A stretch of DNA of 42,550 bases, taken from IMG/VR virus record IMGVR_UViG_3300033509_000070, positions 1 to 42,550 of that record; one strand, given 5' to 3'. Position numbers and translations under genes: made by a program. The notes beneath the pieces were generated by a model. That model saw only the letters and a list, made by a program, of their open reading frames with translations. It searched no databases and had not been told where the DNA came from. Source of the DNA: a virus (lineage: Duplodnaviria; Caudoviricetes). This document shows, piece by piece, positions 1-7,540 of this stretch. The first letter of the stretch is position 1; each line of letters starts with the position of its first letter.

Positions 1-6
1 AAGGCA

Positions 7-15
7 TGATAATAT
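7..15 (+). promoter_or_regulatory. Extended -10 (TGaTAATAT) of an early promoter; -35 lies outside the window
   Basis: Same TGnTAATAT as the promoter at 3023-3031. It precedes the AAAGAAAGAGG RBS at 55-65. Confidence 0.45.
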
Positions 16-71
16 GAGTATATAAATTAATTAAATTTATGTATTACATTAAAAAAAGAAAGAGGTTTAAA

Positions 72-953
72 ATGAATAACTCGCAAGTAGTTCACGCATT
101 TTTTTATCAAGAAAAAACTGGAAAAACAAACGGAAAAGCTCCATCATGTCATTTTGAAAATGAGAAATTTTTCTCGTATGGCACAATTATAGGGCAAATA
201 GTAAAGGGTAAAAATAATAAAAACATTTTAATCACTTCATATAATAGCCATTCAAACACTACGGCAAAACATTTAAGTGCTTTAAGATATGCATGCCCAT
301 ATGATATAGTAGAATTAAATACTATTAGGGGGCAATCAAGCTTTTATATAGAAGAGCAAGTAAAAAAATCACTTGAATATTTAAGCGAATATGATGAAAA
401 TTTATTTTCAAAAAAAGATAATAGGGATGAATTTACAAATAAATATGAATCACTTGAAAAAATAAACAATTTATTATACAATGTTAAATTTACAAAGAAA
501 ATAAAAAATAAATATGAATCTATTCATGATGAAAGTAAAATAAAAGAATTAAAAAGTAAAATAAAAGAAAAACAAAAAAAAGAGCATGAAAAACTAGAAA
601 AAGAATTAAAATCATATATTAAAAATAACAATTTTTCTCAATTATGCGGTCTTGTTTATAGTCGTTTTTCTACTATTGATAATAAGTTAAAAGCAAAATT
701 AAAAAAATATATACAACCTGATAATGATGTGAGCATTATATATTTTAATGGTGATTACCTCAAAACATCTCAAAACATTAAAGTTGATAAAGTAGAGGCA
801 TGTGTTTTAATTAGATTATGGAAAAATAATAAATTAAAGCATGGCATGACTATTTTAGGATATACAGTTTTAGAAGTAAACAAAGATTTTATAAAAGTAG
901 GATGTCATAAAATTACAACCGATAATCTAAACAAATTATATAATGAGATGTAA
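72..953 (+). CDS. Phage early hypothetical protein (SYxT...SxTTxKH type N-terminal domain)
   Basis: The ORF track gives 39..953, but ATG 72 follows the AAGAGG RBS and is the more likely start. Motifs FSYGTIIG and SNTTAKH recur in phage early proteins. Confidence 0.8.
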   Translation: MNNSQVVHAFFYQEKTGKTNGKAPSCHFENEKFFSYGTIIGQIVKGKNNKNILITSYNSHSNTTAKHLSALRYACPYDIVELNTIRGQSSFYIEEQVKKSLEYLSEYDENLFSKKDNRDEFTNKYESLEKINNLLYNVKFTKKIKNKYESIHDESKIKELKSKIKEKQKKEHEKLEKELKSYIKNNNFSQLCGLVYSRFSTIDNKLKAKLKKYIQPDNDVSIIYFNGDYLKTSQNIKVDKVEACVLIRLWKNNKLKHGMTILGYTVLEVNKDFIKVGCHKITTDNLNKLYNEM

Positions 954-996
954 AAAATAATTTATATAGTTGTTAGTTCATAAGAGGGGTAAAATC

Positions 997-1158
997 ATGG
1001 CTTTAGATATAAAATTTAAAGATAACATAAAATCAGATATTAATGCAATAGAGGCATTAAATGTTATAAAGGATTATACAAACTTAAATAACTATAAGGA
1101 TGTTATAAAACTTTTAATATTTGAAAAACAAAAGAAAATAAAAAGAAAGGTAGGTTAA
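997..1158 (+). CDS. Small hypothetical protein
   Basis: In-frame ATG 997 after GAGGGG within ORF 970..1158. Confidence 0.65.
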   Translation: MALDIKFKDNIKSDINAIEALNVIKDYTNLNNYKDVIKLLIFEKQKKIKRKVG

Positions 1159-1159
1159 T

Positions 1160-1378
1160 ATGGTTATTTGTTTAGAATGTGGTACAGACTTTGTAAAGGT
1201 TGATACAATAGAATTATGTCATGGATGTTATATAAAAAAATATACAAAACCTGATTTAATTTGTAAAGACTGCGAAAATAAACTTTCATCCAATGATATT
1301 ATTTTAGAGGCTGGAAAAGAGTCATGCCCAAGTTGTGGTAATACTGGCAATATATGGGATGCGATAACCTTTGTGTAA
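1160..1378 (+). CDS. Double zinc-ribbon protein
   Basis: Four CxxC pairs (CLEC, CHGC, CKDC, CPSC); AGGTAGG RBS. Confidence 0.75.
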   Translation: MVICLECGTDFVKVDTIELCHGCYIKKYTKPDLICKDCENKLSSNDIILEAGKESCPSCGNTGNIWDAITFV

Positions 1379-1394
1379 TAAATAGGTTACATTA

Positions 1395-1457
1395 TATGTA
1401 AATAAATGTAACAAATATGATACAATGTATTGAATAAGTAAAGTTATATAGTATAAT
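1395..1457 (+). promoter_or_regulatory. Early promoter with upstream direct-repeat box
   Basis: Box TATGTAAAtaAATGTAAC 1395-1412, TTGAAT 1430-35, 16-nt spacer, TATAAT 1452-57. Confidence 0.75.
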
Positions 1458-1485
1458 ATAGATATAAAAGAAAGAGGTAAAAACA

Positions 1486-1716
1486 ATGGCTAAATTAATC
1501 AATTTTTCAATTAGTGAAACATCGGGACGTACATTTGAGTTAAGCCTTGAGGATTTACAAAAAGCCTATATCGAATTAGGTGAAGAGCTTAATGACGATG
1601 TAACAATAGAAGACATGATAACTGAAGTTTTAGGTGATGACCTTACAAATTTAGATGAATTTGAAAAGAATAACGATTATTTTGAATGGAATTTAGAAGA
1701 GGTGAATAATGTCTAA
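1486..1716 (+). CDS. Small acidic hypothetical protein
   Basis: 76 aa, very D/E-rich, strong RBS, own promoter. Confidence 0.8.
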   Translation: MAKLINFSISETSGRTFELSLEDLQKAYIELGEELNDDVTIEDMITEVLGDDLTNLDEFEKNNDYFEWNLEEVNNV

Positions 1717-1733
1717 TAATAACTATATAAATA

Positions 1734-1796
1734 ATTGTAAATAATTGTAACATATATGACGCAATGTGTTAAATAAGTAAAATTATATAGTATAAT
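1734..1796 (+). promoter_or_regulatory. Early promoter with upstream direct-repeat box
   Basis: Box ATTGTAAAtaATTGTAAC 1734-51, TTAAAT 1769-74, TATAAT 1791-96. Confidence 0.7.
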
Positions 1797-1823
1797 ATAG
1801 ATATAAAAGAAAGAGGCAAAAAC

Positions 1824-2564
1824 ATGATAACAACAAAACAAACACTAACAGAATTAAAAAATAAATTATGTATTACACATACTTATTGCCCATGTTTTGA
1901 GGGATTTTATGAAACTTCATTAAGTAGTATAATGGATATAAGTGAGTGGGATTTATTTGACAATGCTAACGCAGTTAATGAAGACTTGCAACGTTTTATA
2001 GTAACTGAGGCTGATTGTGCATATTTTGACCATAGAAGATGCGAAATAGATATTTCAAAAAATATAATTGATTATTTTAATGATTATTTTAAAGAAAATG
2101 ATTTAATGGTTAAATTTAAGTTTGAAAGTTTATATTCTCCAAAAGAATACAATTTTTCTACAAATAGTATAAATATTAAAGTAGTATATACAACCGATTT
2201 TATAAGATTTTTAAATGATTATACGCATAAATATATTAATGAGTTTAAAGAGTTTATTAAAAATCGTTATACATCACGTAGTGGTTTTATATCCTATTAC
2301 TCTAATAATTATATTGACTGGTTTGAATTTTTAAATAAAGATACTTTAATAGATAACGAAAACATGCATATATTAGGATGTTTTTTAGACTTCTATTTTA
2401 ATAATGAAAACGATGATATAAATGAATATATATATGATTATGTATATGAAAAAATGCGGTCTAACAGTTGCATAACAGAGTATCTAAATTATGACGCTCT
2501 TATTGATGCAGTTAATAAAAAGTTTAATTTAAATATAGGGTATTTAGAAGAGTTAGAAAAGTAA
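1824..2564 (+). CDS. Acidic phage early hypothetical protein
   Basis: 246 aa. Motifs PCFEGFYET, SPKEYNFSTN and TSRSGFISYY are typical of a widespread phage early family. Confidence 0.85.
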   Translation: MITTKQTLTELKNKLCITHTYCPCFEGFYETSLSSIMDISEWDLFDNANAVNEDLQRFIVTEADCAYFDHRRCEIDISKNIIDYFNDYFKENDLMVKFKFESLYSPKEYNFSTNSINIKVVYTTDFIRFLNDYTHKYINEFKEFIKNRYTSRSGFISYYSNNYIDWFEFLNKDTLIDNENMHILGCFLDFYFNNENDDINEYIYDYVYEKMRSNSCITEYLNYDALIDAVNKKFNLNIGYLEELEK

Positions 2565-2566
2565 TT

Positions 2567-2630
2567 AATATAAACAATTGTAACATCATATAAATAAAGT
2601 ATTGTAAAATATATAAAAGTATAGTAATAT
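2567..2630 (+). promoter_or_regulatory. Early promoter with upstream direct-repeat box
   Basis: Box AATATAAAcaATTGTAAC 2567-84, TTGTAA 2602-07, 17-nt spacer, TAATAT 2625-30. Confidence 0.7.
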
Positions 2631-2651
2631 AAATAAAGAAAGTAGGCAAGC

Positions 2652-2789
2652 ATGGATAATCAAATTTTAACAATTATTTTAATTGTAGTATCAATTTATT
2701 TAATGGGATTTTTACACGCTAAACATTTATATAAACCTACATTTTATAGTGATTTATTTAACAGATTAAGAAAACGCTCAAACGTTTAG
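2652..2789 (+). CDS. 45-aa single-TM microprotein (not in ORF track)
   Basis: MDNQILTIILIVVSIYLMGFLHAKH...; follows a promoter and AGTAGG. Confidence 0.65.
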   Translation: MDNQILTIILIVVSIYLMGFLHAKHLYKPTFYSDLFNRLRKRSNV

Positions 2790-2805
2790 AAAGGTAAAAA
2801 GTAAA

Positions 2806-2979
2806 ATGAAAAATCAAGTATTATTTTTAATAGTGGGGTTATCAATCGGCATGCTAATAATGATTAATCAAGTATGTAGACAAAAAGATAGTACAATAAG
2901 GCTATTAATGAAAAATAGCAACAATGTAGAATCTATTCAATCATGCCCAAAAAATCTACCTATATTAAATATTAAGTAA
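2806..2979 (+). CDS. 57-aa single-TM microprotein (not in ORF track)
   Basis: MKNQVLFLIVGLSIGMLIMINQVCRQ...; GAAAGGT RBS. Confidence 0.65.
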   Translation: MKNQVLFLIVGLSIGMLIMINQVCRQKDSTIRLLMKNSNNVESIQSCPKNLPILNIK

Positions 2980-3031
2980 TGTAAATTAATACAAATAATA
3001 TATTGTAATTAAATTAAAAGTATGATAATAT
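2968..3031 (+). promoter_or_regulatory. Early promoter
   Basis: Half-site AATGTAAA 2978-85, TTGTAA 3003-08, 17-nt spacer, TGaTAATAT to 3031. Confidence 0.7.
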
Positions 3032-3057
3032 ATAAATATAAAAGAAAGAGGTAAATC

Positions 3058-3243
3058 ATGGAAACAATTTTACAAAGTTTAACAAGAATTGAAAACATTA
3101 TTTATTCTGTAGCTTATGACGATTTAACGCCATATTTACAAGGCGTTAGGGATGTTATTAACATTGTTAATGGTGAAGAGCCTAGCAATGATGTTGCAGA
3201 TACTATAATGCGTAATTTAAAAGACCTACAGTTAGGAGAATAA
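3058..3243 (+). CDS. Small hypothetical protein
   Basis: 61 aa; AAAGAAAGAGG RBS. Confidence 0.8.
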   Translation: METILQSLTRIENIIYSVAYDDLTPYLQGVRDVINIVNGEEPSNDVADTIMRNLKDLQLGE

Positions 3244-3245
3244 AC

Positions 3246-3815
3246 ATGACATTAACAAAAGTAAAAAAGACTAGAAAAATAAAAGAACATGGAATATTTA
3301 AAACACTTGGATTTTATAATCTAAAAGAATTAGAGGATTTTAAAAAAGATGTCCAAGAAAACCACAAAGAAAATTGTTTATTTAATGATGAAGAGTTTGA
3401 AGAGTTAAGCGACAATGAAGTGTTTGAAAAAATGCATGATGACATATCAATGTTTTATGACGATGAAAAAGAGCTATTAAATAAAACACTAGATAATAAT
3501 ATTATATGTATAGGCTCATTGGGTTTATGGAATGGTAGAAAATCAGGTTATAAAATTTTAGGTAATAATTTAAATGAAGTTTTAACTTCTTTTGATTGTG
3601 ACGATGTAAAGATTTTTGCCGATAGATTTAATATAAAATCAATTGCAAGTCATCATGATGGTACTAATTATTATACTTTTAGATTAATAAAATCTATGGA
3701 TAATATTGATAATCTATGTAATAAAATCTATGTAGGGGACAATATAAGTAACTCAATGTTAAATTATTATACATCACCTTTAGGGCATGAAATACAAAAA
3801 ATATACGGCTATTAA
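3246..3815 (+). CDS. Phage early hypothetical protein
   Basis: 189 aa; motifs LGLWNGRKSGYK and SHHDGTNYY; AGGAG RBS. Confidence 0.85.
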   Translation: MTLTKVKKTRKIKEHGIFKTLGFYNLKELEDFKKDVQENHKENCLFNDEEFEELSDNEVFEKMHDDISMFYDDEKELLNKTLDNNIICIGSLGLWNGRKSGYKILGNNLNEVLTSFDCDDVKIFADRFNIKSIASHHDGTNYYTFRLIKSMDNIDNLCNKIYVGDNISNSMLNYYTSPLGHEIQKIYGY

Positions 3816-3830
3816 TCTAATTAATAGACT

Positions 3831-3850
3831 TATATATATATATATATATA
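3831..3850. repeat. (TA)10 microsatellite
   Basis: Read directly from the sequence. Confidence 0.9.
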
Positions 3851-3863
3851 AATACCTCTTTCT

Positions 3864-3894
3864 ATGGGCTTTTAACGTACTTAAGCCCATTTTT
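3864..3894 (+). terminator. Probable intrinsic terminator
   Basis: ATGGGCTT...AAGCCCAT followed by a T run, downstream of ORF 3246..3815. Confidence 0.55.
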
Positions 3895-3927
3895 ATTATA
3901 TTATTTAAACGGCACGTTGCTGTTTGT

Positions 3928-3992
3928 TTTGTAACAAATTGTAAATATAGTACATATAGACTATTGTATTTTAAATAAAATAGTGTTATTAT
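3928..3992 (+). promoter_or_regulatory. Early promoter with upstream direct-repeat box
   Basis: Box TTTGTAACaaATTGTAAA 3928-45, TTGTAT 3964-69, 17-nt spacer, TGtTATTAT to 3992. Confidence 0.75.
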
Positions 3993-4041
3993 AAATATAT
4001 AAAGAGGTAAGACAAACAAAACAAATTGAAAGAGGTAAAAC

Positions 4042-5331
4042 ATGAATGCATTACAAAACAAAAACACTTTAAGTGTTGACAATTTAATCATAGGATATTC
4101 AAAAGAATATAAATCTAAAATTAAAATTGATATTGAATTAAAAATAAAAAATAATGTTAAAAGTTGGGAAGACTTAAGCACATTAAACAATGTTATTGAA
4201 TTGAGCATGTCGGCTAGTGTAGGTAATAGCATGGGCGGTCAATGTTTAGACAGTATCAAAGAATTAGCATTAAAAAATGATATTGAATATAAAAACAATA
4301 TGACTAAAAATAAATTAATTGAATTGATTGATATATGGCAAAAATACCACTTAAACGACTTGCAAGCAATGAGCAAAAGACAGTTTGAGTTATTCAAAAA
4401 GCATGGTAATGATGAATTATTTTTGAATATGTGTAAAGTAGAAGAGGCAAGGAAGAAAGCAACTTGCAGTTATTCAAGTTTTGATTACCATGATAAAATA
4501 AATCTATTTTTTAGTATTTATGATATGCAAAATATGGAAAAAAGAAAAGAACTTGAGGCACGAAAAAAAGAACTAAAAACAATAATTGATTTATACCCAC
4601 ATGAAGCTACAAAAGGATACCAAGAGGAACATACAACAGATTGTAAGATTGATTTAACATTCTTAAATATTGAATTTAAACCTATTGTAATTAATAATTA
4701 CGGTCATAGGGCAATGTCAACAACTAGATACTACAATCACAAGCAATTTGGATGCAAAAGAAAATACATATATAAATATGAGCGTCAAAACATAACAAAA
4801 GAGATTAGGAGCATAGACAATAAATTAAATAATGATGTTAATTTATATAAATATGGTACTAGCTGGCTTTTCAAAATTATTCCCAATGAAATAATAAACG
4901 AATTGCATGCCATTGTTGAGACTTTGAGCAATGATGTAAATTTAATTAATGAAGTCATAAATGATGATTTTACAAGTAAGTTAAAACATGATATTGTTAA
5001 TAAAGGCTTAACAAAAAATAAATTATGGGGCAATCAAAGTTGTATTGAATATGAAATAACATTAAAATATAAAGAAAATCAATATACTTTTAGCTTTTAT
5101 ACTGGTATAGCTCATGCACATCCAACAATAAATGATATTTTAGAATGTTTACAATCTGATTGTAGTATGTTATATAATTATGATAATTTAGATGATTATG
5201 CAAGCGACATGGGTATAGAAAAACCATCTGAAGCAGTAACTTCATGGGATGCAATTAATAACCAATATAATGAGCTTAAAAATCTTTTCAATGATGATTT
5301 TGATATGTTTTTAAATAGTGATATTAGTTAG
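4042..5331 (+). CDS. Multi-domain phage early hypothetical protein
   Basis: 429 aa. Motifs GGQCLD, WQKYHLNDLQA, YKYGTSWL and a C-terminal FYTG...PTINDILECLQSD domain. AAGAGG RBS. Confidence 0.85.
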   Translation: MNALQNKNTLSVDNLIIGYSKEYKSKIKIDIELKIKNNVKSWEDLSTLNNVIELSMSASVGNSMGGQCLDSIKELALKNDIEYKNNMTKNKLIELIDIWQKYHLNDLQAMSKRQFELFKKHGNDELFLNMCKVEEARKKATCSYSSFDYHDKINLFFSIYDMQNMEKRKELEARKKELKTIIDLYPHEATKGYQEEHTTDCKIDLTFLNIEFKPIVINNYGHRAMSTTRYYNHKQFGCKRKYIYKYERQNITKEIRSIDNKLNNDVNLYKYGTSWLFKIIPNEIINELHAIVETLSNDVNLINEVINDDFTSKLKHDIVNKGLTKNKLWGNQSCIEYEITLKYKENQYTFSFYTGIAHAHPTINDILECLQSDCSMLYNYDNLDDYASDMGIEKPSEAVTSWDAINNQYNELKNLFNDDFDMFLNSDIS

Positions 5332-5349
5332 TAAAGAAAGGGTAATAAA

Positions 5350-5697
5350 ATGTGTAATGTGCTTTTTAAAACATCTAAAAATATAAAAAAGATATTTATA
5401 CAAATTTGTAAAGAATATTCATGGATGCATCCTGATTTTTATTATCTAATAACATATAATGAAACATTGCAAAAGTTTATTAATATAAAAGTTATTGAAG
5501 AATTTTTTAATAATGATACCAATGTAGAATTATATTATAATGAAATAAAGTGGAAAACAAGCGGAATCAGTAACAATAAATATTTAGATGATTATAAAAA
5601 TATTATACATGACACATTGTCTCAAAAATATAATGTTGAATATGTAACTAATTTACATAGGTTTGACTGTGATATTGTAAAGCTAGTAGAAAGGTAA
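5350..5697 (+). CDS. Hypothetical protein
   Basis: 115 aa; GAAAGGG RBS. Confidence 0.75.
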   Translation: MCNVLFKTSKNIKKIFIQICKEYSWMHPDFYYLITYNETLQKFINIKVIEEFFNNDTNVELYYNEIKWKTSGISNNKYLDDYKNIIHDTLSQKYNVEYVTNLHRFDCDIVKLVER

Positions 5698-5757
5698 AAA
5701 ATATAACTATTAGCTAAAACGTTGAGACGTTTTTATAAACACATTTAAATATAAATT

Positions 5758-5785
5758 ATAGGTTATGTATAATAACCTATTTTTT
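5758..5785 (+). terminator. Intrinsic terminator
   Basis: ATAGGTTAT-gtata-ATAACCTAT followed by TTTTT. Confidence 0.6.
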
Positions 5786-6163
5786 AATATATAAGTATAA
5801 AAATATTAAATATGTTTTTAGATGCTTAATTGATTTTTTAAAGTGTTTTAAAAGTAAGTATTTTCTATACTCTTTTAAATATACACATATTATTTATATG
5901 AGCATAACTTATATTGAATCTAATTTATATTATATAACTTATATATAGCATGGCATTATTAAAGCGTAATAGTTATGAGTAAACAAATACCGCAGTATTT
6001 GAGCGAATAACTATGAAGCGTTTATATAAAGTAAGTAAATATTGAATTTTACATAAAATAATAAAAATATCTGAGTAAATAATATAAAAATAATAAATAT
6101 ATTAAGTACCAGAATATGTTACATAAATATATATAACTTTACAATAACCTACACCAATACAAC

Positions 6164-6238
6164 TTTATTAACAATTGTAACAATATCTTAACATACTCCA
6201 TTTAATGTATTGCATTATTATTTACATTATAGTAATAT
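6164..6238 (+). promoter_or_regulatory. Early promoter
   Basis: Half-site ATTGTAAC 6174-81, TTGCAT 6210-15, 17-nt spacer, TAATAT 6233-38. Confidence 0.65.
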
Positions 6239-6269
6239 AATTGGGTAGAAAGAATTTAGGAGTTAAACC

Positions 6270-6446
6270 ATGATTAAATCATTATTAAGAACATTACTAT
6301 TATTTACATTACTTATTATTATATGTGCATTCGTAGATACTGCACAAAGAGCTTTTAATACATATCCAACATATACATTTTTTATGGTTATTATTGGATT
6401 TATAGCTACATTATGGCACTGTTTAATCAAGAGCATTATAAATTAA
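6270..6446 (+). CDS. 58-aa two-TM microprotein (not in ORF track)
   Basis: MIKSLLRTLLLFTLLIIICAFVD...TFFMVIIGFIATLWHCLIK; AGGAG RBS. Confidence 0.7.
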   Translation: MIKSLLRTLLLFTLLIIICAFVDTAQRAFNTYPTYTFFMVIIGFIATLWHCLIKSIIN

Positions 6447-6519
6447 TAGTTGCTTGTGTTAGTACCTAAAATTAATTTAAGGCACGTTAAAAGCTCTTAT
6501 ATATACAGGTAATTTATAT

Positions 6520-6583
6520 AATGTAAATAATTGTAACATCATCTATATAAAGTATTGTAATTAATATAGATTAGTTGTATTAT
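6520..6583 (+). promoter_or_regulatory. Early promoter with upstream direct-repeat box
   Basis: Box AATGTAAAtaATTGTAAC 6520-37, TTGTAA 6555-60, 17-nt spacer, TATTAT 6578-83. Confidence 0.75.
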
Positions 6584-6613
6584 ATAAGTGTAGACAAACA
6601 AAGAGGTATAAAA

Positions 6614-6730
6614 GTGAATTTAATTAAAAAAATAACTAACAATAGTGAAATAATCATTGGTTTAACAATTATATTAGCAATAGTTATTTATTGTATTAAT
6701 AATTGTGGGGTAAACTATTATGCAGGATAA
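6614..6730 (+). CDS. 38-aa single-TM microprotein (not in ORF track)
   Basis: GTG start after AAGAGG; IIIGLTIILAIVIYCI. Confidence 0.65.
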   Translation: MNLIKKITNNSEIIIGLTIILAIVIYCINNCGVNYYAG

Positions 6731-6860
6731 AATAAAAATTGTAAATTTAATAAACATTAAAAATGATGACATTATGTTGAATTTTGAAGAGACTATAAAA
6801 TTTGGATACAATCCAAGTATATTATTTCAAAACAACCAAAGATTAATAATTGTAAAGTAA
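6720..6860 (+). CDS. 46-aa hypothetical protein (not in ORF track)
   Basis: MQDKIKIVNLINIKNDDIML...; GGGGT RBS; overlaps the upstream stop. Confidence 0.5.
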   Translation: MQDKIKIVNLINIKNDDIMLNFEETIKFGYNPSILFQNNQRLIIVK

Positions 6861-6894
6861 TATTACAAAATATAATAAATATAAAATAAAACGC

Positions 6895-6924
6895 TTGACA
6901 AAGTGTTATTAGTCATGTTATAAT
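6895..6924 (+). promoter_or_regulatory. Consensus sigma70 promoter
   Basis: TTGACA 6895-6900, 18-nt spacer, TGtTATAAT to 6924. Confidence 0.85.
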
Positions 6925-6955
6925 AAGGGAGTAAACAAAAAAGAAAGAGGTCATC

Positions 6956-7159
6956 ATGTTAAAATCATTACTACTATTTACAATTAAATCATTTATTGCA
7001 ACGGCAATTCTATTTACATTTATCAGCTTATTTGTATACAATTTAGATATACAAGAGTCTCACTGGAAAGGTAATAAACAAATAATTACTAATCAATATT
7101 CTATTGTACAAGCATTAGAACCATTAGAGCTATTAGATAGCTATTTTAATGAAAAGTAA
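6956..7159 (+). CDS. 67-aa single-TM protein
   Basis: Hydrophobic N-terminus; AAAGAAAGAGG RBS. Confidence 0.8.
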   Translation: MLKSLLLFTIKSFIATAILFTFISLFVYNLDIQESHWKGNKQIITNQYSIVQALEPLELLDSYFNEK

Positions 7160-7194
7160 ATAACTCCATAAACTATCCCTAATTCCAAGTTATT

Positions 7195-7223
7195 AGCCTA
7201 CTATTTAATATAGTAGGCTTTTT
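7195..7223 (+). terminator. Intrinsic terminator ending the early arm
   Basis: AGCCTACTAT-ttaat-ATAGTAGGCT followed by TTTT. Confidence 0.85.
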
Positions 7224-7465
7224 ATTATATATTCTATATTAGAGCATATAAGACGATTTAAACGCTACTAAATTATTTATGGTATATTTGTACCTAAACA
7301 ATATTTAACAAGCATTAGATGTCATTGTAGGCTTGCATGCTATTACATTAATGAATCGTTTATATAATCTATCTTATATAATATAATAAATATATAGTAT
7401 GTAGTGGGATGTTCTATTGGCATGCTTTATTAAACGGTTACGTTTATGGTGATTATGTGTATAGT

Positions 7466-7540
7466 TATGTTAAGATATATTAATTTATATATTGTTAAGT
7501 AATGTAAAGTTATGTTACGTATTGTTAAGTTATATTAATA
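7466..7540. repeat. Degenerate 10-bp tandem array (consensus wwTGTTAAGT)
   Basis: attgttaagt/aatgtaaagt/tatgttacgt/attgttaagt/tatattaata at 7491-7540, plus two units at 7466-85. Confidence 0.7.

Larger units (their letters stand above)
1397..1823 (+). repeat. 88-bp direct repeat (1397-1484 and 1736-1823) comprising a promoter plus RBS cassette
   Basis: Manual ungapped alignment gives 80/88 identical. Confidence 0.9.

Noticed and set aside
3780-4232. ORF-track entries 3780..4232(-) and 3787..3978(+)
   Set aside because: They run through the (TA)10 repeat, a terminator and a promoter, and have no RBS. Low-complexity artefacts.
6118-6145. Opposite-orientation half-sites GTTACATA and TTTACAAT 20 bp apart, suggesting a leftward promoter
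   Set aside because: There is no convincing -35/-10 at the expected distance and no leftward ORF.
2980-6867. NtcA/CRP-type palindromes (TGTA-N6-TACA at 2980; TGTAA-N7-TTACA at 6851)
   Set aside because: Spacing is inconsistent and does not match GTA-N8-TAC. The direct-repeat model explains more sites.
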